Below are positions 46,001-59,700 of a stretch of DNA of 64,000 nt, piece by piece. Within the stretch, counting starts at the first letter, position 1. Each line of letters opens with the position of its first letter. Source of the DNA: Lingula anatina (lineage: Eukaryota; Animalia; Brachiopoda). The stretch is from contig CM120641.1 of assembly GCA_051362555.1 (NCBI GenBank), forward strand, positions 20,956,001-21,020,000, given 5' to 3'. The position numbers and the translations under genes were made by a program. The notes under the pieces are model-generated. The model saw only the letters and a program-made list of their open reading frames with translations, did no database searches and had not been told where the DNA came from.

Positions 46001-49000
46001 GACATTTGTTAACTGTCCGTATTGGTACCAATGCCAAGGTGGTCAGCACTGAGGAATGTGAATTTGAAGAGAGGGAAAAGGCCGTGGATTTCAGCCTTTT
46101 GTTCTTTGTTTATCATGTGATTTATTAAATTGATCAACAACGTACCAGCCAATGAGCATCATCTTTCTCAGGATGAAAGATTCATTTTGTGTGACAATAC
46201 CAACTTCAGGAGCCGATTTCTCAGTATAGGCTTAAAGTGAGCAGGTGGTTCACTTAAAGCAGCAAACAAGTAACAATGACCAATTTACATTGCCAGTAGC
46301 ATCGGGAAACCAGATTCAACACACAACTTAGTGTTTGTCACATGACCTAGATATCATTTTAGGTCATGGTCTTGACATTGATTTAGCCCATGGCCTTGAC
46401 CTCCACATTCTATTTAACTGCACTGATCCAGTTTGGAACCACAGGAACTGGGTATGCAATCTTACTAGCTATATTGCTTGATCTGTCTGCTCAACATGTC
46501 ACACAATAGCCTTACTGGGATGCAGGTGCACCACATACCACTTTGAGATAAAATTTTGTTTCTAAAAATTGGTAAAGATGGTTTGTTTACACAACAGACT
46601 TTGTGCTTCAAAGAAAGGAAAAATTAATGCTTTTATTTCTAATCAAAATTCCTCAATAACACTTTCTGTGATTAAGAACTATATGCACATACATACCATT
46701 ATTTATAAATAAGAGACATACTGTGCTGATAATTTACCAAAACTGTTAAACATGTTGATTATGAATCGTTTGCCTAAAGTAAGATTGACTTCTCTTAATT
46801 ATATACTGCTTTCTTACTGTGTTGCATATTGATAGTTAAGTTAAAGGTAGACTTGAGTTAAAGTAAAATTGCATGATGTACAAGTAGAACTAATTTACAA
46901 AACGCAGGTATTTTTGCCATAGCCAATTATTTTTTAAGTTTGTTATCTGTTTGTTAAAGTAATAAATTGTTTAATAGCACCCAATTATTTGCACTTGTCT
47001 GAGACTTTTAGAGACCATTCCCAGAGATATCATACTTACCTTGGATTGATCTATCTCCATGACTTAAGTGGCTTAAATGTCTGTCACACCTACTAAAGCT
47101 GTTTGGGGGTAATTAACTACTAACTTGAATAAGTTGTCCGTATTCTGTATAGCTGGCAGTTGCCCCCAGAAAAATAAGTCTCTTTGGTGAACCCTATAAA
47201 GTTTTAACCTTTCCTTCACTCCAATTATTATTTATATCATTTATTTGTTAAGTTTTCCAAAGTCGTGAGGTAGACCTATAATAAAATAATAATTGAAGGT
47301 TTCTTAAACACAAATAGAGAATAGGGGGAAATTCTTTGAAAATAAAAGAAACATTGATAGTTGTCAAACTTATTGGTCACCAATGGTGTGGCATTCAATG
47401 TACCATAGTGTCATGTTTAATACAAATGTAGCCAGCTTGGAATGCTGTTAATTTATTATATTATTCATTTCAAAGAGATCATGCAAATAACATTGACTAG
47501 GACATACCATTATTACATATCTCAAATTTGCACTCACAACTTGCTATCATGTAACACATATTATCAATGATAAATAGGAATAACAAATAAGAAACCAAAT
47601 TTTGAGAACTCGTGGAAAGTATTTATTATTTGTGGCCTGTAAGGTAGTCCGCATACATCATGTATCTCAGTCTTCAACCTGGTTTTCAGTTGGGCAGATT
47701 TTTTAAATTCCCTCTCAGACAATAAATTGAAAGAAAACAAGTCAGTTAAAGTTGATGAACAGACAACTTTTAATGATGTAAACAAGGAAGAGTGACAAAA
47801 TGATACAACAATACACAGGTTTTGGGCCCTAACATTCATCTCCAAACTTTTACTGCAAAAGCAGGACCAAAATCATAAAAAGTATTAAAACAAAGCTACC
47901 CTTGGTTGCCTCCCCCTATCTGAAGAGCACCTAAAACCATCTGTAAAGTAAATAATTCCATGTACAGTGCCAAAATTTAATGACAATAATAACAAAACAC
48001 TGCCTGGCAAATAAATTCAAAATATGGTTCGTAATGTTAAAAGAGCACTACAAGGTAGCTTATTTCTCACACTGAAAACCATTCTTAAAACTGTACTTAC
48101 TAATTTTCAACGGAAGATTTTCAGTAAGGAAAAAATTTGTATTTGCAGGAGGCCACCCCATTATTTTGGGCTATATGAATGACGAACAAAATGTGTTTTT
48201 GCTCCATCCCACCTTGTTTTAAGTAAACCCTTAAAAAATTTATAGTATTGTTCACATGAAACTTGATTCTGTAGGTCTTGTTGTGTCTTTTCACTAAGAC
48301 AAGGTGTGTGAGGGAGGAGAGCTTTTTTTCTCTAAAGAATAAGAGGAGCTAGGGCCAGTTCTACTAAGTAAATAACTTTTAGACCAAAATTTGGTTTATT
48401 TTAGTTCATTAATTTATATTTAAAATAAAATTCTAAAAAAAGTATGATCAAAAACCACGAATTTGTTGCCCTTGTTCTGACATTATAATGCTTTCCAAAG
48501 GAAATCTTGCCTAAATACTTGTAAAAATCACACTGTACACATGAGCAAATTTCAAATGCCATACATAAAATAAAGAAAAATAATGCTTTATTGAGACAGA
48601 CAATGTGAGTCATGGTAAAATCCTTAAACAATTATTTGACAATAGTCTGAGGAAAAAATACAACTGAATCATACATATATTGTTCAGTTTAATCACTTAA
48701 CAAAAATCAATAGAAAATAACTTTGTAATTCAACAAAATAATGTTTTATAACAATCTATTAGACTTTGAAAAGCCCATTTTAAAATCAAATAAAGTTAAA
48801 TGGATAGTTCAGGAAATTTTCAAGTAAAAAACTCAAAATCATTGAAGAAAAAAAGGAAAAGGGTGTGATAATTGCACTAGTCTTATGAAACTGTGACAAA
48901 GTTGACAGGGCAACAAAGATATTGCGTCATTTTGCAGCAACACTAACATTAACCCTAACACTACTAACTGTCATGGATTTAATGTCATAAAGTAATACAA

Positions 49001-49365
49001 AGCATGCTGAATGATATTCATAAAATATTGATACCTACTTTTTTGGGCTTAAGTTAACACTTTCGTTTCTATCTCACCTGGATGTGATGACTGCTTGATC
49101 ACAAAGTATGGATATAATTTTCATGAATATTCCTCAATGCAACTATTTACAGGTCCAACGAAAGTACTTTCCCAACTATAAAGTAGCTCTACAAAGTACA
49201 AACAGGTATTGGACCAATTGTTGATACAAAAATTAAACCATTTATGGGGAATGAACAGACTCTGTCCATACACGTACCATATATGTATATAATAACATGA
49301 TTATGAACATGATTGCACGGCTTGTTTTAGCACCACTGGGCAATATCAATTGATGGGGTAAACTA

Positions 49366-49553
49366 AGGGCTGGTTTTGATAAAGAACTTTTCACTGAATT
49401 TATTAGATCTTTTTTTGGTCTACTTTAATTTTTTCAAATAGGTATAGTATTTCATCTTAAAATAGGGCTATAAGCAATTTATTGTGGTCAAAAACTTTGG
49501 TTTGAAAGTTAAATCCAATGAGTTGTCCAAAGTTCTTTTGTAAAATGGGCCCT
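49366..49553. mobile_element. Decayed Harbinger-like MITE
   Basis: GGGCTGGTTTTGATAAAGAACTTT ... AAAGTTCTTTTGTAAAATGGGCCC; related ends at 61057-61330. Confidence 0.5.
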
Positions 49554-50896
49554 AGGAGTACCAATGATATTATAAACATATTTATAAGTTAACTATATAT
49601 ATATATGAAATAAAATAAATAAAACAACAGACACACTTAAAGCTATAACCTATGTTGTAAATAATGATATAAATTGACTGTTGGTAGAAATAATATTCTG
49701 ACCATGTGTAGAAAAAATAATCCTATCCCATCATTCACTAAATATTGGATTTAAGTTATCATAAATGCACATCCATAGCAAAGAGACATCTTCAAGCATA
49801 TATAGTAATTAACTACCCACTACCTTACACCAAGAACCATAGCCGTGTCATGAGAAGCATGACCTTCAATTTGGAATCATTAACAATAAATACTTTACAT
49901 GAAAAATAAATAAATATACAATACTGGCCTTATTTTCTTTCAGCCAGCAGTCATTTATATGATCAGATATGAGCTCTGTTGTTGTTCTTTATTGTTCTAT
50001 TTAAAGAACCAAGCGAGCAACGCTGCTAGGTTAAAGTCTCTTTATGAAAACTTTATAATTATTTGACCACAGAGCATCTCCTTTCGACTTAGACTTGACA
50101 AAAAATGACTCTAATGATAAAGAGTTCACTTTTGATGCAGGTCTCAGAAAAACACTAATAATCACTGAGCATTTCCACCACAAATTAAGTCTTTTTTCTT
50201 CTTTTTACATCCTTTGTCATCTCAGACACAAAGCACAGTTTCGTGTAAACAATTTCATATTTTTTTAGTCATTCCTTGTAGTCAACCATAGGTATTTTCC
50301 ACTTCTGAAAACCAATCCAACCTTGTTGGTGTGTAAAAGTTCTTTCATGGTGTAGAAATGGTGTAGAAATTACTGGTATTAAACCAATGTCTGGTGTGTA
50401 AAAGCTTCAGACAGCTTATTGTTGGTGTACTGAGGTACAATGTAGATCAAAATAAACTATTCAAAACAATGCCTTCAATTTGGAAGTTTTCCCCTTGCCT
50501 TTTGCATATCCAGAATGTCCCAAACAACTGTTCCTTGTGAATCAAACAAGCAGGTATACAAATCACCAAGTTGACTGACATACTTTTGGCTGTATGTTTG
50601 CTCCACTGGTTCATCACAGTTAAATATTCAGGTTTGGAATTTAAAGAAATGAGTATAGTACATGTAGGTAGGTATAAGTATAAGAACCTTAAATTTAAAA
50701 AAAAATCCAGCAGAACTTACCACAAGTCCCATTGGTTTTATTAAGACAATGTTCATTGCTTTTACATGCTGTGTTTCACTGACGTCACTGCTTCAAATAC
50801 ATGAACACAAGATTGATTGTTTGACCACATGCTAACTACTCTTCATGTTATCTTATTCAAAAAATCCCTGTGAACAGTCTTGGTGACCAACTGTTT

Positions 50897-51599
50897 TCAG
50901 ACCTCGGTGTCTCTTTGCATGTGCAATGTGTCCATCTGATCCAGAATAAAAGTAATGGTGTGCTGGCGTATCAGTCCTATGTGGGACTTGAGAGTTGTTA
51001 TTTGATCACTCTGGTTTTCCAGTTTCGCTTTTAAGGATTTGTTCTCTGCCAGGAGCTTGTCTCTGGTCTGGATAGAGAAAAAGACTTCAGGCAATAAATT
51101 CATCTATCTGTTCACAATAATTGTGAAACTATAGGAATTATTGACATATAATAAGAATATCCTTAGGCATAAAATTTGCTTGAGTACAAGTGCTAATGTT
51201 AAAAACATGTTACAGAGATTTTCTGCAACTTTATATACTGACTGTTTTGAACCTTCCCTATCAAGATTTTATGCAAACCTCCTAACTATCACATTTTTGT
51301 TTTACAAAAATTGAACCAAACACATTTCAAAGATACAGTTTAAAAGGTGCTTTCACTGATGTTATTGGGCATAGTGACATTTCCTGAATGGGGGGGATAT
51401 AGAAAAAAAGAAGCTCTGTCTTTCCATAAGGTTTCATTGTCAAGAACAGAAAAGAACCAAAATATATTTCCTTCTCATGTGTCCCTTAACTTTTTTCAAT
51501 GATCTCACAATTAAAATGGCTAGGGAACATCTGTAATAGTAACACAAACAAGATGAATTTATTTATCACAATAATTGGTACAGAAAAAAATCTTTGTTA

Positions 51600-51665
<66 letters not shown>

Positions 51666-54600
51666 ATAAATGCACTAAAAAATTAAAACTTCTTGCTATG
51701 AGCATGGATTTATAAATTTACATTAAACATGTTTCTTTAATGATTTATTAAATGTTGGATATGCACATTATAATGTAAATAACTTTAAACTATATTTACA
51801 GAGAATAAAGCCATCAATTTTAATGCTGTTGACATGATGCCAAGAAACCAAAAAAAAATAACATAAGTGAATTAGATTTCTAAAAATTTTCTTGGAGCAC
51901 CAATTAACCTTATTTCATAATGTTCCATTTGTCATGAAAAACAAACCTTATTTCATAATGTTCCATTTGTCATGAAAAACAATCTCTGTAACCTAAAACC
52001 AACTAAAGAACTTCACTCTCATTTTTTTAGGCATAGTGAGGTCAAGGAAAATATTCAACTTGTACAATTATTCAGTTATGGACCAGATGTATTATTATGC
52101 TACCGGTACATCCAAATCAGTCACAGACCATTCAAACTCACCTCCTCTGCTTCAACCAGTCTTTCATACAGGGATGTTGGATCCTCGTAAAACTCTTCAT
52201 TATTGATACCATTCACTTCTTCCATGCTATTCTTTGGGCTCAGGTCTGCACATTCCTCTGTCTGAGTGGACTGGTGCTTGGCGCGCCACCGGTGGGACAT
52301 CTTTCGCTTGGAAGTAGTGGTGAGATCATAGGCTTTTGGACCTGCCAATAATGGGGCAGTGCAATAAGTTTATTAACGTGGTGTCCATAGTTTGGATCAC
52401 AATTACAATTTGATCACCTCTAGCTTTAAAAGCACTCTTGAAATACAAGGTGTTAGATATGATGAAATGCAATAGATGACTCAGCTGCACTGATGGAGAA
52501 ATTACGTAAGTCGATAAAATTCCATCAGAGGACAAGGTTATCAAAGTCAATGTACTGTTTATTTGGACCTACTACCAATACCACAACTTAATAGTAGACT
52601 ACTGACAATAGTAGACTATGGTAGTGACAGAGTCCATTATCAATACAAACTGCTTAATCTACTTTCACAACATACTATATGTACATTATAGTAATACAGA
52701 TAACTGTCAAGAGTGTCCCTAATTGAATTACCCATATTTCATGGTGTACTTAGCACTCTGTACATCACTATAATCTAATAGTAAACTGTGTCCCAAATTG
52801 AATCACCAATATCTAGCATATTCCCCAGCTTGTGAAAATTAGCAGTGCTCGTGAAAGACTTACTGCTCGTTCCGTGGCCATTTCCACTGCTGAGAGAGCT
52901 GCTTCGACTACTGCTCCCCATGTGCTGCTTGCCTCTACACTCCATCACAACCAAGTCTTTACAGTGTTTGTGGGCATTGATACCGCAATCTATAAATAAA
53001 ATTTTTAATCTATTGAGCTCTTTCCATCTATTAATCAATAAAAATGGCATTGCAAAAAAAAAAAAAAAAAAGCAAATCTTTTTTAAAGGGACTAAAGATG
53101 TTTTTACGTAGGAGGCATGATGCTTGCACCATTCATCAACACATTTAGTATCTTTGAAAAAATATTTACTTTTTTTACCATCTTTCCATAATAAAATAAA
53201 AGGCAATGAAAAACCTACTTCACCAAAACAATTTGTTGGGTAGCAAAGAGGCCCTGGCCTGTGCAACTAAGCAGTTTGATCAGCAAATAGATAGATAATA
53301 CAGATACTAAACCACATTTTCTGATTAATATTCAACATACATTTTAGCCCGACAAAGCTTTATAAATCAGGCCTTCCCACAGTTAAATAGTACACAATAA
53401 TTCTTAATATAACCTAATCATGATCACTCTATCAAATTTTTGGCCTAAATGTAAAATTTTGATGAAATAAAACAATAACTAAATGTTCTGCATTTAAAAA
53501 TGCTTCTTTAGTCAAGGTTACTCATATTTATCATTTAGCAAAAACCAGTGCATTATTACAAGATTAGTACGTTAATTATATTAACTATTTATGTTAACAG
53601 ATTGCTTACCTTTACACTTCCAACCTTGCTTTATTAGACCCCACAACTGTAAAATAAGATTATTGAAATTAAATAATGCAGTCTGTCAGCAGTCTTATCC
53701 AGATTTTCACTTGGCCATAATTGCTCTCAAGGTGTTAGTATGCTAAAATTCTAGTCCCAAAATTGACTTAGGACTTTCTGTGAAATAGGTTCTAATTTGA
53801 CTTTTTGTGGTCTACGTAAACCTCCAATGCAAATATCAATAATACCATGGTTATCAGCACATGACAAGATAAACTTCAAATCCACAAATTTTTTCCTGAC
53901 AAGAATAAGTGAAAACTCCTAAATGATTGAAAACATATCTAGCTTAATAAATTAAATATTGAATATATTTCTTAAATATAACCAGCATCTACATGGAATC
54001 ATTACTATATAGAAAATACTTAATGACAATATACTTTGACAACTTTTTTGAAGGAAATCAAAAGAAATTCAATTTCACAAAAATTAACAATTAATATAAT
54101 CCCTGACAAACAACAAACAAACAAAGAAATACAACTTGTATCTATTGGTATGAACTTTTCATAACTGCACCTCAAGCATATTAATCTATAACAAAAATTC
54201 TTACCACTGTCAAGCACTGAAATCAAAATCCCAAACTTAAGTAAACCACTATGCCTACACCTATTCATCATTTTCTCTTCAACCTACCTCAGTCAAGCCT
54301 TGTTACAATATTCTGAATTTTTTTTAAAATCCAATTCTCTTTTCTTTTACATCATAAACTTCACATTACCTGGCATGCCAGAGAACTGGCCATATCGTCT
54401 ATTCCTCTCTTCTGTTAATCTCGAAGGTACCCTTTTAGTACTTGTATCATGTATTCATGCCAGCACTTTACTGGTCAATGATCACAGCCCTGAGCTACTT
54501 TAACAATGCATCTAAGATACAATTCACATAGGCCAGCATTTACAGCATATGTGTTTCAGTTTTAAGCATCTGTCACAAAGCTCATTTTTCCAGGCTCTCT

Positions 54601-56732
54601 GTTTGCTATAACAACTGATTGCAATCTGTCTCAGGTTGACTACTTTGCCACATGCTATGGAATCTGTGATGAGTACATATAAGATTCATCAACCCCTTCA
54701 CGGTTTAAACGTAGATGCATGGTTAAACTAATTTATAGAACTTGATTGAGCCATGTGTGTGGGACTTAACATACAGCGACCAATAACCTCCAGTCCTCTT
54801 GAAAAGTATGTAACCAACCAGTACAGATGTGGTATGCTCTAGGAAGGATTATATCACATACCTAATCAGAACTCCAGTGCACCTTGATATCTGCTTAAAA
54901 TATTGACTATTTTTACCAGGCACTTATAACAAGACTGTCAGATTATAAACTACAGCAAAATGAAGTGAAGGCGACCACAAGTATATAATATGTTATGATG
55001 GTATTTTGGCCTACTTTACACAGAAAAAGCATTTGTAGTGACTGGATTTTTTCTTTACACAGAAAAAATAACACATCTAGTGGCTGTTGTTGTCTGAGTG
55101 TATTTTAATTGCCATCAGTCCAGAGACCGTGAATATTATTCTGGTAAACGGCATCCAAGTTAGCAAGGTCAAAAATTTAAGAAAAGTGAGTGCCAGTTAT
55201 TAGGCTTCATATGTGCACATATATACACGCACCCTCATGATTGCCTGCATACAAGAAGGAAAATGCATGCACACACACACACACCCACACACACATACAC
55301 ACACACACAGGCGTGGAGACATACTCACCAAACCTGTGCAGTGTACACAGTATGTTGGCTTGAAGTAGGTTGTTTCATGGAAGGCATGCTTAAAACTGTT
55401 CCGTAGGGCATGGCAGTTGGCACGGACAAAGTAGGTTTTCATCTCAGCCTTACTGATCATTCCATCTCTAAAAAATACAGCAAAGATATTATCTTTTTTT
55501 GCTGTGTACTTCTTCTATATCACAGTCTTCTGTTTCAAAAAGAGCTAGTCTCAATAGAAATGTATTATGAACTGACAAGTTTTACATACCTTTTCAATCT
55601 TGAGAATGAAAATTGTTGCCCTTAATAAGCTCAAAAATAGCTTTTCCAAGAATTCATAAACAATGCTTTTAAGATTGTGATCAAAACAATAACAAAATCT
55701 GATTTTTCAAAAGAACAGTGCTAGATTCAAACAGTGTCTTTAGTTATATATTATCTAAACTACAGTTTTGCATTTAAGAGGAATAAGTTCTGTTTAAAAT
55801 ATGATAAAAACTAAGCTAATAGTTTGACCTTTTGGGTGATTTGATTGTTTGAACCAAAGTAGTTTTTGTCTAAATGGCAATACTTTTTGCTTTGAAAAAA
55901 AACTTTACATCAAATCAAAAAAATGGTTTTTAAAAATTTTTAATTGACAAGAAAAAAGTTAAGTATGATATATAACTCAATCTGAAGGTAATCTGACAAC
56001 AGAGAAATTACCTTTGGTGCAATCTTTGTTTTGGTTATATATCTAAAACATGTTGATTGTCCAAACCATTTTACATTATTGGCAATTTAAAAAATGTTAA
56101 ATGGATCTTATAATCCTATTGACAATTCTGCATAAGAATAAAGAGTAAATTTTGAGCAAAAAAATCAAATAAAATCATTGGTTCATATATTATCTGGTTG
56201 ACCTAAAACAGTTTGGGTAATGAACCAGTTTGGGACTTGCGGGAAGGATGACTAAAACCACTGACAGAGCACTTTTCATGTTGGTGGAGAGTTCAATAAC
56301 TGCATGAGTAAATGAAGAAGTATTTAACATGCAACCTCAGGCACAATAATCTGCTAGCCAGCTTAATACTGCACTCACTGGTCAGCATCCAAGACACAAA
56401 AAGAATCAATAAATGGAAAATTGCCAGCAATGTCTTCAAATTCCGCATGTGAAATGAACCCATCTCTGTCCAGATCGTAGTTTTTGAACACGGCCTCCAC
56501 CATGTCGTTGACATGTTTGTTGATAAGTACGGGATCGGGAGGACTGATGCCTGCGACCCAGTCTGCGAACACAACTGGTTTGGTTGGAGTCGGGGGCTGG
56601 AATCATGAAAAGCATTCCTTATTTGAAAATATTCTTCAGTAAAATTTTTGTTGGTATTAGACACTGTAATTGTAAAATTATGCCCAATTAAAAAAGCTTT
56701 TCTGATAAACAATTTCATAATACATAATTACT

Positions 56733-56798
<66 letters not shown>

Positions 56799-59700
56799 CA
56801 GTCTATATCACTTTTCTGAACTCTACAAAACAACATATTAATCTTAGCCAAAGTCAATAACTGTATAATAGCATGAAAATATCACTAATCAAATGAAAAT
56901 TATAAGGCAAAAAATTGTAAGCTGGCAGGTTAAAGCAAAGATCATACATAGTGGTGCCAGCTTCATAAACTACATGTACTTACTGAAGACAGTGAATTTC
57001 TTGGTTCCCTGGCAAGAGACAGCTCATATATATCATCATCTGTATAATTCAGATCTAGAGAGCACTGGAATTTCAAAAAGCATGTATCAGAGATGCCAGC
57101 AAATTTTTTCCTCAAAGGTTTCCTTTCCATCACACAGTTTGAAGTGCACTGAAGTTTTGCCTACGTACAAAGTTAAATATAATCTAAATTATGTAACTAC
57201 TGCAGCAGCTGGTCTGATAATGCCAAAAATCATTACATTTCATTTCAAATTTAAATATGCCATCAGTCAATACCATAGAGAGTTTATGTCAATCTCAGTA
57301 TGTATGTTTTGAATGCTAAAACATATTTTATTGTTGTACGCCATTGTAGAAGTGATTTCTAACATGATATTATATCATTTTTGGTCTACAACCGGTCACT
57401 TGCTCAAGTATAATAGAAATGTTTATGTCTGACATGCAGTGGGGTCTCTCTGTTCATGAACAGGGGCTCATAAACAAACTAATATTTTTATGCTTTTTGT
57501 CATAGAAAAAAATTGAACAATAACATTTCACAATAGTTAATAGAAATCCTGATGGCAACTTGTAAATGGCAATGTTCACCTACCCGGAGCATGTTAGCCA
57601 AATCTAAGTTGGTATCAAAAGGCAGTTGTTGTTGCTGCATACTTTGGAGATATGTCAACTCGGAGAAGATGGCCGCCAGCTGAGCCATTTTGCGGAAGTT
57701 AATGAGGTTGTCAACTCGGTCTGGGACTGCGGTATTTAGTGAAATGAGATCCTTCAAGTGAACACCCCTGGATTTCAAAGTAAAACATTACCTCTCAGGA
57801 AATGAGGATAGTTTCTGAGAAGTGCAGATTTTTTTTTTTTTTTTTTTGTAAATAATGTTACTTGTTGTCAAAAAGATAATACTCTCCAAGTGATAGTTCA
57901 GCAAATATCACATTAGTTTATAAATAAGAGGAGGTTCAGAGCCTAAGAAGTTCTATGTAGCATTTAAAATGACACAGCAAGCATTAGACCTCTATAGAGC
58001 AAAATCAATTTTCCTTGAGATTTCAATCCCTTTTCTCAAATGTATAGCCTGGCCAAAGCCCTTCACAGAATTAAGAATCATAAACCCTTTTTAAGTTCTG
58101 AATTTCTAGTTTTTCAGAAACTTTCTTAATGATAACAGAGACTGGTAATTAGAAATTTAGAGCTCAAAAACAGTTTATTCTATCATGATTTTTTCAACAT
58201 CTTTGGATATGCTATACCTTTGTGATAAAGGGGAAAGTGCTGTATTTTCCAGGAAAATTAATTTTTTATGATGGTCTTATATACACTGTATGCCTTCAGT
58301 GGATATGTACATTGTGAATGTCTATGGAAAAGGACAATAAACATGCTGATATGGAGGAAAATCTTCTTTGGGCATTTAAGCTCTAGATGGGAAATACATT
58401 TATCTACTCTGTGAGAGAAATAACTAAAACTTACAATATGGGTATTCTAAATCCTTTACATTGATAAAGGGTTTTCCTGTAGTTACTGAAATTATTACTG
58501 GAGGACAGTAAATCTGTGTAGTCTCCTAAAAGCTGAAAATGGAAAAAAATATTAATCAGTGAACTTAAAAATTTATAAGTACAGTCTTTCAACATTTTTT
58601 TTAATTCAAGCCTCAAGTTTTATAGATCATTTGTTTAATCTAAAAACAATAAAAACAATCTAGAATAGTACTCAGCTAGTGCAGGCCTTCACCATGATAG
58701 CTCCATTATCATTATTATTCATTATTTCATCAATAAACTAATAAATGGATTACTTCCAAAATCTAATCAATTCCCAGTTAGCCCATTTATGACCTATCCT
58801 GAAAAAAAATCATCAAAATCCATCCTTAACTATGAGTTCAACTGATTACTTATGAACAAAGGCAAAGACATAACCTTCTTGGAGGAGATTAAATTATATC
58901 TAATGTTACAAAATTAATATAAGACAATTTCAAATATTTCCTAATGGTGACCTGCCAAGAAGCTGATTTAAAAATATTTGATTTTTTTCTTAAGGTTGAA
59001 TTTGTGCCGAGTCATTTATCATAAAGTTAAATATGACTCATTTTGAAAAAAATACAAGCTGAAATGTTTTTTAAGCTTTATTTGTCTTGTTTGCCTTGGA
59101 ATAGTGCAAGACACAAGACATGCATATGTGCTAGAAATCTTATATCACTCAGAATAAATCATAAATAATAAAAAAAAATTCTTTGCCAGTGTCAATCTAA
59201 CAGACCAAACGTGAAGCAATACAAGCAGAAATGACCTTGCTTTTCTATAAAGCCATTCTTATTTTGTCAGCGTCATGCTTCACATTGTAGATGTAAAGCA
59301 CAAATATACCCAATCATCCCATTAGTACAACATGCATGACGTACCTTTTGAGTTTCTGGTATCAAGCAAGCATTGGTCTTGGAGAGCCTTGCCAGAGCAC
59401 TGTGGGTGAGACCACCTACAACAGCCATTAATGTATTGAAGTTCTGCAACTCTCTTAATCTCTGAAATAACACAATTATAAAACATGTATAAATAAATAA
59501 AATTAGATTAAAAAAGGTAACATTTACATCTGTTTGTCCATGACATTGTACACTTACTAGTTCAGTTTTCTTTCTTTTCTTGCATCTTTTAAAGATAATG
59601 CTTATAGTATAGTTACTCTTTCTAACAAAAATAACATTATATATAACATATATGTCTGCGCTGCAATTTATCCCAAACACACAGACACACAAAGTACTTT

